64,000 bases of DNA from an uncultured Clostridia bacterium (GTDB lineage: Bacteria > Bacillota > Clostridia > TANB77 > CAG-508): the NCBI GenBank assembly GCA_946415375.1, contig CAMKSF010000004.1, forward strand, positions 33,697-97,696. Direction: 5' to 3'. Below, piece after piece: positions 38,543-46,759 of the stretch (the first letter of the stretch is position 1; every line of letters begins with the position of its first letter). Under the pieces are notes generated by a model, which saw nothing but the letters and a program-made list of their open reading frames with translations, was not told the DNA's origin and ran no database searches. A program made the translations under genes and the position numbers.

Positions 38543-38947
38543 ATGTGGCCTAGAAATAAATATACTGGTCCAGATGGCGGATTATATACTGGACCAGGGG
38601 GTGGATTATATACTGGCCCAGGAGGCGGAGCATATACTGGTCCAGGAGGCGGGCTATATACTGGCCCAGGAGGCGGGCTATATACCGGTCCAGGAGGCGG
38701 ACTATATACCGGTCCAGGAGGCGGACTATATACCGGTCCAGGAGGCGGATTATATACTGGTCCAGGAGGCGGATTATATACTGGACCAGGAGGCGGATTA
38801 TATACTGGACCAGGAGGAGGAATGTATGATGGCCCTGGAAAACCATATATGAGCAATATTCCACCGTGGGAAGTATTTATTAAAAAATTAGAAGAATATG
38901 GATATACTTATGAAGCTGAATTGATAAAAAGAGCATATTATGGATAA
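38543..38947 (+). CDS. Gly/Pro/Tyr-rich repeat protein, (YTGPGGGL)x11 plus a 40-aa unique tail
   Basis: ATG 38543 lies 2 nt after the Fic stop, with GGGAGGG upstream. Differences between repeat units are synonymous in this frame. The gene is followed by a terminator. Confidence 0.75.
   Translation: MWPRNKYTGPDGGLYTGPGGGLYTGPGGGAYTGPGGGLYTGPGGGLYTGPGGGLYTGPGGGLYTGPGGGLYTGPGGGLYTGPGGGLYTGPGGGMYDGPGKPYMSNIPPWEVFIKKLEEYGYTYEAELIKRAYYG
38561..38824 (+). repeat. 24-bp tandem repeat, 11 units (a 12th decayed unit runs to 38845)
   Basis: tatacYggNccaggNggNggNNta repeated head-to-tail. Local GC is far above the flanks. Confidence 0.95.
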
Positions 38948-38951
38948 AAAT

Positions 38952-38988
38952 AGACGGGATCAAAAGAATTTGAATCTCGTCTTTTTTT
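38952..38988 (+). terminator. Intrinsic terminator of the XRE/ImmA-Fic/repeat operon
   Basis: AGACGGGAT (38952-38960) / ATCTCGTCT (38974-38982, one G-T pair), followed by a T-run. Confidence 0.7.
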
Positions 38989-39095
38989 GCCAAATTTAAA
39001 AAAAGTAAAACCTGATTATGCTTGAAATATAAGGAAATATCAAAGGTTTGATTATAACATAGCTATTAAGAGCTAACTCGGTACTAAAAAACCAC

Positions 39096-39124
39096 TTGAC
39101 AGAAATAGAAAAATATGCTATAAT
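39096..39124 (+). promoter_or_regulatory. Sigma-A-type promoter
   Basis: TTGACA (39096-39101), 17-nt spacer, TATAAT (39119-39124). Confidence 0.55.
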
Positions 39125-39159
39125 TAATATATAGTAGCAAAAAACCAAGGAGGTAAAAT

Positions 39160-40959
39160 ATGAAAAATAATAAAAAAGAAAAGTTTAACTCAGAAGAAAT
39201 ATACTGGAATTTCTTAAATTTATTTAGGGAATATATAGGAAAAGATGACTTTAGAAAAATGTTTTATGCTAAACTATATCTTATATATTTAGCAAAAAGA
39301 TATAAGTTCATCGACTTAAAGGAATGCAAAAATTTTAGTGAACTACTAAAAAAAATTAATGATTTATGGTTTGCACTTGATATTACTAAAGAATACAATA
39401 ATATTAACGATATTAATGAATTATTTGAAAAAAACTATACTAACGAAGAATTAGATGGCGAAATGTTCAATGCAATGTCAAAATTAACTGAAGAAGAAAT
39501 TGCAGAAATATTTAGAAAAAACAGTATAGAATATAAACGATATTCAAGTATACAAAATGATACAACATCAAAATCAATAGCTGAACTTGTAAGCAAAATT
39601 TTAAATATTGAAAACAATGAAGAAGTTTTGGATTTATGTTCTGGTAATGGTGATTTTTTAGCAAGCTTAACGAATAATGAAAAGGATATGAATCTAAATG
39701 GCATTGAAATCGATAAAGATATTGCATTTATATCTAAAATTAGATTAACAGTTTTATCAAATAAAGAGCCTAATATAGTGGTGGATGATGCCTTAACATA
39801 TGATTTTGGTAAAAAATTTGATAAAATATTTTGTGAATATCCTTTTGGACTAAGGGTAGATAGCTATCGAATTAACAAATTAAGTAATCAAATGTTTTAT
39901 TCATGGAACAAACCAGGATTAACATCTGATTGGATTTTCTTAAATAAAATAGTAACATTATTAAAAAACAATGGTATGGCAGCAATATTAATTACTGATG
40001 GGCCTTTGCTTAAATCAATGGATAAGGATTATAGGAAAGATATCCTTGAAAGCAAACTAGTAAAATATATAATTAAATTACCTAGTGGAATAATACCATA
40101 TACTAATATAAATCCGAATTTAATTATTTTATCAAAAGGCAATGATAGAAATGAAATAACATTCATAGATGCCACACAAGAGTATAAAGAAAATAGTCTA
40201 AAAGAAAGACAATTAAATGTTGATTCAATTATGGAATTAATTAATGATAAAAATAATGATACGGATAAAGTGAAGACTGAAAAAATTAATAAAATTTGTA
40301 GTACTGATGATGTAGTATTAACAGTTAATTCTTATGTAAAAAAGAAGGAACCAAATTATATTAATCCACATATACTTAAAGATTATTTAACAGATAAATA
40401 TAGAGGTTACCAATTTTCATCAAAGGAGCAAGCAGAAATAGAAGATATTAATGGAGATTATGAATTATTAACTATTGGGGACATTAATGAAGGCATAATT
40501 AGTAGTAATTTATTAAAAATAAATGGAAATAACAATAAATATGATAGATATTTGCTAAAAACAGGAGATGTTGTGATTTCATCAAGAGGAACTAAAATAA
40601 AAGTAGCAGTTGCTGAAGTAGGGAATAGAAAGATTATACCTAATGGAAATCTATTAGTATTACGTTTAGATACTGAGAAAATAGATCCATATTATTTAGA
40701 AGCATATCTTAATTCTGAAAATGGGCTTTTAACTTTAAAGAAAATACAAACAGGTGCAGTAATTATATCTATTAATCCAAGTAGAATTGAGCAAATAAAG
40801 GTTTCAATGGTAAATAAAGAAGAACAAGAATTATTTGTAGAAAAATATAAACGAAAAATGACAGAATTATTTTTGGCTCAGGAGCATGTAAAAAAACTTA
40901 AGGATCAAATCAACAATTTATTTACAAAAGAAATAGAGGAGAAAAATGGAAATGGATAA
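39160..40959 (+). CDS. HsdM-like N6-adenine methyltransferase fold fused to one HsdS-type target-recognition domain, with a degenerate catalytic motif
   Basis: Motif I VLDLCSGNGDFL. Motif IV reads FCEYPFG (EYPF at 39835-39846) instead of NPPF/Y. C-terminal LKTGDVVISSRGTKIKVAVAE..IPNGNLLVLRL..DPYYLEAYLNSENG is HsdS-TRD-like, followed by a coiled-coil tail. Confidence 0.7.
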   Translation: MKNNKKEKFNSEEIYWNFLNLFREYIGKDDFRKMFYAKLYLIYLAKRYKFIDLKECKNFSELLKKINDLWFALDITKEYNNINDINELFEKNYTNEELDGEMFNAMSKLTEEEIAEIFRKNSIEYKRYSSIQNDTTSKSIAELVSKILNIENNEEVLDLCSGNGDFLASLTNNEKDMNLNGIEIDKDIAFISKIRLTVLSNKEPNIVVDDALTYDFGKKFDKIFCEYPFGLRVDSYRINKLSNQMFYSWNKPGLTSDWIFLNKIVTLLKNNGMAAILITDGPLLKSMDKDYRKDILESKLVKYIIKLPSGIIPYTNINPNLIILSKGNDRNEITFIDATQEYKENSLKERQLNVDSIMELINDKNNDTDKVKTEKINKICSTDDVVLTVNSYVKKKEPNYINPHILKDYLTDKYRGYQFSSKEQAEIEDINGDYELLTIGDINEGIISSNLLKINGNNNKYDRYLLKTGDVVISSRGTKIKVAVAEVGNRKIIPNGNLLVLRLDTEKIDPYYLEAYLNSENGLLTLKKIQTGAVIISINPSRIEQIKVSMVNKEEQELFVEKYKRKMTELFLAQEHVKKLKDQINNLFTKEIEEKNGNG

Positions 40960-41467
40960 AATGGATTTAATACAATTAAGAGAAAGTGTTTTTCAAAAAA
41001 TAACAAAGGAACTTACCAATGCATATTTTAATGGAACAATAGATGACTTTTTGGAAAAATATGATTTAAAAGAAGAAAACAACGATGAATCTTTTTATTA
41101 TGATAGTAATAATGCTAAGATTATAGTAATAGGTGATTCTAGAATAAGCAAAAGCGATATGGAGGGTTTAGCTAAGCACAACGGAATTAATCCTCGAAGA
41201 ATAGAATTCGTTTTAGATTATGAAAAACTTACAAATTTTAATTTTGAAAGATTTAGAAATAATATGAAATATTCTGATATATTAGTAGGCCCTATTCCAC
41301 ATAAAGTTAAAGGTTTAGATGCTGCGTCAAGCTTTTTGAATATGGTGAATAATCAACCAGATTGCTTTCCAAGAGTAATAGCTTTAAGAGATGCAAATGA
41401 ATTAAAGATTACTAAACAATCATTTTTAAATGGATTACTAAAGACAAGATTATTTAATGAAATATAA
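40946..41467 (+). CDS. Small protein, DUF2325-like
   Basis: Overlaps the previous gene by 14 nt. KIIVIGDSRIS...YSDILVGPIPHKVKG resembles my recollection of the DUF2325 pattern (ivGG...aDlvi..td.vsH). Confidence 0.4.
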   Translation: MEMDKMDLIQLRESVFQKITKELTNAYFNGTIDDFLEKYDLKEENNDESFYYDSNNAKIIVIGDSRISKSDMEGLAKHNGINPRRIEFVLDYEKLTNFNFERFRNNMKYSDILVGPIPHKVKGLDAASSFLNMVNNQPDCFPRVIALRDANELKITKQSFLNGLLKTRLFNEI

Positions 41468-41487
41468 AAATTTTGAAAGGAGAAGAA

Positions 41488-42789
41488 ATGAACGAGATTA
41501 GATGTCCAAATTGTGGAAAAGTATTCCAAATTGACGAAACAAGTTATGAGTCAATTGTAAAACAAATTAGAGACAACGAATTCAACAAACAAATAGACGA
41601 AAGAGAAAAACGATATAAAACAGAAAAAGAAAATGAGATAAAACTTGCAGAAGCACACATTAAAGAAGAATTACAAAAGCAGATTAATGATAGGGATATT
41701 GAGCTTGCAGATTTAAAAAATCAAGTTGCAAATATTGAAGAACAAACTAAAACAAAATTAGATAAAGATTACCAAGAGCAAATCAACCAAAAGAATACAG
41801 AAATATTAGAACTAACAAATAAATTGAAATTAAATGAAACAAATAGTAAGCTAGAAATTAACAAAGCTCTTTCAGAAAAAGAACAGAAGATTACTGAATT
41901 AAGTAGTGAACTAGAATTAAAGAATAAAGAATACGAATTAAAAGAGCGTAGTATAAAGGAAGATTTTAATGCGCAACTAAAAAATAAAGATGAGCAAATT
42001 GAGTATTATAAAGATTATAAAGCAAGACAATCAACAAAAATGATTGGTGAGTCTTTAGAGGTTCATTGCAGTAATGAATTTAATAAATTAAGACCGCTGT
42101 TTCCAAAGGCATATTTTGAAAAAGACAATGATGCCCATACAGGCTCAAAAGGCGATTATATTTATAGGGACTTTGATGATGATGGAAATGAAATAGTTTC
42201 TATTATGTTTGAAATGAAAAATGAAGCGGATGAAACGGCAACAAAACATAAAAATGAAGATTTCCTTAAAGAACTAGATAAAGATCGTAGAGAAAAGAAA
42301 TGTGAGTATGCAGTATTAGTAAGTCTATTAGAAATAGATAATGATTTTTATAATAATGGAATAGTAGATGTATCACATAAGTATGAAAAAATGTATGTAA
42401 TAAGACCACAATTTTTTATACCATTAATTACTTTAATACGCAATTTATCAAATAAATCACTTGAGTATCGTAAAGAACTAGAGTTAATTAAAAATAAAAA
42501 TATTGATATTACAAATTTTGAAGATAAGATAGAACAATTTAAAAATGATTTTGGTAGAAATGCAAGATTAGTTGGCGAAAAATTTAAAAAGGCAATTGAT
42601 GAAATAGATAAAAGTATTAGTAGCTTGCAAAAAACGAAAGATAATCTAGTTAGATGCGCAGAAAATTTGCGTATTGCAAATGGTAAAGCAGAAGATTTAA
42701 CAATTAAAAGACTTACACGAGGAAACGAAACTATGAAGAAATTGTTTGAAGAAGCTAGAAAAACAGATGATGATAATCCACAAGATTAA
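41488..42789 (+). CDS. DUF2130-family protein (Zn ribbon, long coiled coil, PD-(D/E)xK-like C-domain)
   Basis: MNEIRCPNCGKVFQIDETSYESIVKQIRDNEF, then a ~150-aa coiled coil, then GESLEVHC..KGDYIYRDF..VSIMFEMKNE. ATG 41488 follows AGGAG (the track starts at TTG 41473). Confidence 0.65.
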   Translation: MNEIRCPNCGKVFQIDETSYESIVKQIRDNEFNKQIDEREKRYKTEKENEIKLAEAHIKEELQKQINDRDIELADLKNQVANIEEQTKTKLDKDYQEQINQKNTEILELTNKLKLNETNSKLEINKALSEKEQKITELSSELELKNKEYELKERSIKEDFNAQLKNKDEQIEYYKDYKARQSTKMIGESLEVHCSNEFNKLRPLFPKAYFEKDNDAHTGSKGDYIYRDFDDDGNEIVSIMFEMKNEADETATKHKNEDFLKELDKDRREKKCEYAVLVSLLEIDNDFYNNGIVDVSHKYEKMYVIRPQFFIPLITLIRNLSNKSLEYRKELELIKNKNIDITNFEDKIEQFKNDFGRNARLVGEKFKKAIDEIDKSISSLQKTKDNLVRCAENLRIANGKAEDLTIKRLTRGNETMKKLFEEARKTDDDNPQD

Positions 42790-42912
42790 TAAAAAAAATA
42801 AAAATTTACCTTATAAAGAGATGAAGATGTAAAAAGACGTGCTTAAAGCTTCACAGCAACCTGCTAAAATAGTAAGGTGCTAAATCACGAAATATAAGAT
42901 AACTTTCAAAAA

Positions 42913-42936
42913 CCAGAAGTTATCTTCTGGTTTTTT
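42913..42936 (+). terminator. Intrinsic terminator
   Basis: CCAGAAG (42913-42919) / CTTCTGG (42924-42930), followed by TTTTTT. Confidence 0.7.
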
Positions 42937-42980
42937 CTTCTATGTTGCTTTAGGTAAAAGGAAAGGAGAATCATATAAAA

Positions 42981-43631
42981 GTGGAAAAGTATATTGAAAA
43001 TTATGAAAAAAATGCAGGAAATAATATTACAGAAGAAATGGTTAATTATCTATATAAAAATATTGATAAAGAAGAATTAAAGGAAACATACAAAAAAGTT
43101 CTAAAGAAACTAAAAAAATACAACAATAATTATTATTCAAAAATATGTATAATAATCAATGCTTTAAAATTCAAGAAAGAACAGAATAAAACCTTAAAAT
43201 TTCCCTATGATATTTATTATATAAACTTACCTTTAAGAGGGAGCTTGCAAACAGAAATAAGTGGAAGAAAACATCAAATAAAAACAGTAGAAAAATTAAT
43301 AGAATATGAAGAAATTAATCTTTTATTTGAAGCTATAGGAGAAAAAAAAACTAAAAAACAGAGAAAGAGACTTATCGTAACAGCTAAAGAATTATTAGAA
43401 AAACCAGTTCTAGATATAAATAAAGGTATAGAATGGAAAGAGAATTATAAAAACTATATAATTAAAACATATGGAAGATGGTCTAAAGAATATGAAGACT
43501 ATATGACTACACTATTTGATATAGGCTTTTTACCAATAAGTCCAAACCTATTAATTAGCATAAATAGAGATCATATAAGAAAGGCTATAGAAGAAAAAGT
43601 TGAGTTGTTAGAAAAAAGCAAGATAAAATAA
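42981..43631 (+). CDS. Hypothetical protein (216 aa, Lys-rich)
   Basis: GTG start behind AAAGGAGA. No family recognised. Confidence 0.45.
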   Translation: MEKYIENYEKNAGNNITEEMVNYLYKNIDKEELKETYKKVLKKLKKYNNNYYSKICIIINALKFKKEQNKTLKFPYDIYYINLPLRGSLQTEISGRKHQIKTVEKLIEYEEINLLFEAIGEKKTKKQRKRLIVTAKELLEKPVLDINKGIEWKENYKNYIIKTYGRWSKEYEDYMTTLFDIGFLPISPNLLISINRDHIRKAIEEKVELLEKSKIK

Positions 43632-43705
43632 ATCTATTTTTGAAGTTAGGATTTGATTTATGAAAATAGACTTTTAATTAGTAAATTTGTAAAATATTGT
43701 TGTTA

Positions 43706-43749
43706 AAATATGGATTTTGTGATATAAGATAATATAGAGATATTATAAG
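43706..43749 (+). repeat. Left copy of a ~45-nt promoter-like repeat (partner at 58886-58930)
   Basis: AAATATGgaTTTTgTGATATAAGATAATATAGAGaTATTATAAG. It shares the 20-nt exact core TGATATAAGATAATATAGAG with the right copy. It contains TGnTATAAG (an extended -10) placed 17 nt after TTGTTA. Confidence 0.8.
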
Positions 43750-43816
43750 TGGCTTATAGGTGCATAAGGAGAGTGTTTTACTAGTAAAATAATATAGCGA
43801 AATTTAAGGAATTTTA

Positions 43817-44075
43817 ATGAAAAAATGGTTTATTAGAGAATACTTGGAATACGCCATTAAGAAGATATTTAGATTATGAAATTAAACATTTTGAAAAGTT
43901 AAGTTTACATAGTTTTAGATTTTATACTGATGAAGAACATTCAGATAATTATTATTCTGATTTTTCTATACAATATGGTTTAAGAAACTTATCAAAAGAA
44001 ATATATAAAGATAAATATAAAAAGGAAAGCAAAACTAAAACTATAAAGGGAGATAATTATGATAGAAAACAATGA
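43817..44075 (+). pseudogene. Small ORF broken by a frame change at an A6 run
   Basis: ATG AAA AAA TGG... stops after 20 codons. The +1 frame is open for 84 codons with no start codon and ends at 44075, overlapping the next gene. Removing one A from the run would fuse the two. Confidence 0.3.
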
Positions 44076-46074
44076 TAGCCCAATTGTAACAAAAAATCAA
44101 CTAATTGATATATTATATACTATTAATACTGAAAATGTAAAAACAACACATTATGGTAAAGTAATAAATAAAGAAGGTCTTAATAGTATTATAGATTTTA
44201 TTATTGAATTAGAATCTGAATCCGAGGAAGTATATTGTTTTAAAGATGTTATGATTTTTGACCCAATAATAAAAAAAACTCATGGGTTGGATTTTTCAAA
44301 AGAATTTATGAGTACATACTTTTTTAATATTGGTATTGATAAATACATTTATATATTATCTACAGAATCATGTAAAGAGAAGAATTCTGAAAACAAAATT
44401 AGATTTGTAATTAGGCAATTAGATTTAATACTTAATAATAAACTAAATGAAGGAAACAAAAATAATTGGTTAATAGAAACTAGAAGTAAGTATGTTAATA
44501 TTCTTAATAAATATATAGAACAAAATAAAACGATAACTGAAAAATTAAAAGAATATGATTACATTAAAATTATATCCGATAATAATAAGTACAATAATAT
44601 AAATATTACAGATATAGAAAAATGTTTAGAATTTTTAAAAGAGAATGAACAATATAATTATCTTACGATAGATGAAGAAATAATATTAAAACTAATAATA
44701 TTATATGGGATTAGAAATATCTATTATAATAATACAGATTATTATAAAGAACAATATTCTGAATCAATTAATAAAGCAATTAAAAGTTTAGAATCTTATA
44801 TTTTATTTATTGAAACAAACTCAAAAAATGTAAAAGATATGTATATATATTCAAATAATTATGATGCTTCCATAAATCTATTCGAGTATTTAAACAGAAA
44901 AATAGTTTATGGAAAAATGCTTATAAAGGACGACAAAACAAATTATTTGACTAATAAAGATATAATAATCAAACTAAAAGAAGTATCTTTCTTTAATAGG
45001 TTGTGTATAATTTATCAAAATGAATTTATAATATTAATTAAAAATATGAGATATATTAATTTTGACTATTGTGTTTCAAATAATTTTTTTGAAAAAGCAA
45101 AAGAGCTATTTAAAAAAGATTTAGAATTATTTAAATATTTTAAAGACAATAATTGTAATGCTGAAGATATGTATAAAGAAGTACTAACTAATACAGAAAA
45201 TAAACCTATTGAATTTAAAAGATATATAAAACTAATTCTAAAATATTATATAAGCTGCTATAACTATTTTAAGCATTTTAATGATAATGATAATGCAAAT
45301 AAAGTATTCGATTTTTTACATTTTTTTAAAGATGGCTATGATATTGAAGATTTTATTATAAAAGGTAAATATATAAAAATGTCGGAAGATGTGAATAATA
45401 TAAAGTTAGAAAATATTGATGATATTGATGAAGTTGAAAAAACAATTAATAATATTAACGAAAAAATTACAAAAATGAATTTAGTAAATTCATTTGATAT
45501 TGATGATGTAACAAAAACATATAGTAATATTAAATTTGAAAATTTTAGATTGGAAAATAGAGAAAAAATTAAGACATACATTGCAACTGGTGATAAAATA
45601 ATGAATAGTTTTAATAACGATAAAAACGAGAAGTTTGACTATTCTTCAGCGGTTATTGAGTGGAGTAAAGCTGTTGAACTTGAAATAAATGAAAAGCTTA
45701 TATCAATATTAACAGAGAATGATAAATATAAAATTGAAAACTATTCAAAAGAGATTAATCAGGACAATTTATTTAGAAGTAGTCATCCATTTGTATTAAA
45801 TCTTAAAGATGCTACTATTGGTACTTTTGATGCTATCAAGAAATATAAATTACAAGATTATTTATATAATGAATTCTTTAGCAAAATATATACAGTTGAT
45901 AAAGATACATATAATAATTTATGTAATTATTTAGTTGAAATTGTAATTCCAAGAAATAATTCAGCACATAAAGATAATCCAATTAATTTAGTTACAGCAA
46001 CAGATTGCAAAGAAAAAATATTAACTGCTAATAAGATATTAGAAATTTTATCAAAATTAAAAAGAATTAATTAG
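44059..46074 (+). CDS. Large N/K/I/Y-rich protein with a C-terminal Rx4H (HEPN/DUF4145-like) motif
   Basis: 671 aa. The C-terminal ~170 aa read YSSAVIEWSKAVELEINEKL...IVIPRNNSAHKD (R-x4-H). The N-terminal 500 aa match no family I recognise. Confidence 0.5.
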   Translation: MIENNDSPIVTKNQLIDILYTINTENVKTTHYGKVINKEGLNSIIDFIIELESESEEVYCFKDVMIFDPIIKKTHGLDFSKEFMSTYFFNIGIDKYIYILSTESCKEKNSENKIRFVIRQLDLILNNKLNEGNKNNWLIETRSKYVNILNKYIEQNKTITEKLKEYDYIKIISDNNKYNNINITDIEKCLEFLKENEQYNYLTIDEEIILKLIILYGIRNIYYNNTDYYKEQYSESINKAIKSLESYILFIETNSKNVKDMYIYSNNYDASINLFEYLNRKIVYGKMLIKDDKTNYLTNKDIIIKLKEVSFFNRLCIIYQNEFIILIKNMRYINFDYCVSNNFFEKAKELFKKDLELFKYFKDNNCNAEDMYKEVLTNTENKPIEFKRYIKLILKYYISCYNYFKHFNDNDNANKVFDFLHFFKDGYDIEDFIIKGKYIKMSEDVNNIKLENIDDIDEVEKTINNINEKITKMNLVNSFDIDDVTKTYSNIKFENFRLENREKIKTYIATGDKIMNSFNNDKNEKFDYSSAVIEWSKAVELEINEKLISILTENDKYKIENYSKEINQDNLFRSSHPFVLNLKDATIGTFDAIKKYKLQDYLYNEFFSKIYTVDKDTYNNLCNYLVEIVIPRNNSAHKDNPINLVTATDCKEKILTANKILEILSKLKRIN

Positions 46075-46093
46075 AAAAAATGGAGGTTTAAAT

Positions 46094-46759
46094 TTGGAAA
46101 AGCAACAAGTTAAATCGAAAAAGAGAGTGGCCGATCATGGAGAAGTATTTACCAATCAAAGGGAAGTAAATGCTATGTGTGATATGGTTATTCAGGAAAC
46201 GGAGAGAATAGATTCAAGATTTCTTGAACCAGCTTGTGGGGATGGCAATTTTTTAATTGAAATATTAAAGAGAAAACTAAGAATTGTAAAGAAAAAGTAT
46301 AAAAAAAGCATATATGATTATGAAAGATTTTCGTTACTAGCAATAAGTAGTCTGTATGGAGTAGAACTTTTAGAAGATAATGTTGTTGCATGTAGAAAAA
46401 GATTATATGACTATTGGCAAAGCGAGTATAAAATAGTTAGTAAAAAAGAATATGATGAAAAAGTATCAGATTCAGCAAAATATATTTTAGAACATAATAT
46501 TGTTTGTGGAAATGCATTAAGCTTAAAACGTGTTGATGATAAAGGAAATGATATTGAAACACCAATTATTTTTTCAGAATGGACATTTCCGTTTAATGAT
46601 GCAAGAATGCAAAGAAAAGATTATACATTAGATGAATTAGTTAAAAGAGATTATAAACAACAGGAAATTAACAATACAAATGATGAGGGGAAATTTTTAA
46701 AACAATATATAACACATTATAAGAAATTAAATAATAAAGGGGGAAAAGTTAATGAGTAA
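46094..46759 (+). CDS. Methyltransferase N-domain paralogue (SAM-binding motif I only, no NPPY)
   Basis: HGEVFTNQREVNAMCDMV...FLEPACGDGNFLIEIL parallels the N-terminus of the next gene. No (D/N)PP(Y/F) anywhere. TTG start behind GGAGG. Confidence 0.6.
   Translation: MEKQQVKSKKRVADHGEVFTNQREVNAMCDMVIQETERIDSRFLEPACGDGNFLIEILKRKLRIVKKKYKKSIYDYERFSLLAISSLYGVELLEDNVVACRKRLYDYWQSEYKIVSKKEYDEKVSDSAKYILEHNIVCGNALSLKRVDDKGNDIETPIIFSEWTFPFNDARMQRKDYTLDELVKRDYKQQEINNTNDEGKFLKQYITHYKKLNNKGGKVNE

Noticed and set aside
38561-38824. Possible CRISPR array, because of regularly spaced repeats.
   Set aside because: The units are contiguous 24-mers with no spacers, they are in-frame coding sequence, and no cas genes are present.
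38518-38864. Minus-strand ORFs across the tandem repeat (PPPGPVY-type 112 aa and LLVQYIIR-type 104 aa), plus a second + frame ORF at 38574..38852.
   Set aside because: These are artefacts of a GC-rich periodic sequence with no stop codons. Only the + frame from ATG 38543 has an RBS, translational coupling to the upstream gene, a non-repeat tail, a terminator and synonymous-only differences between units.
42800-42895. A known riboswitch upstream of the alternative hairpins.
   Set aside because: I compared it mentally with preQ1, c-di-GMP, ZTP, guanidine and T-box cores, and none is recognisable.
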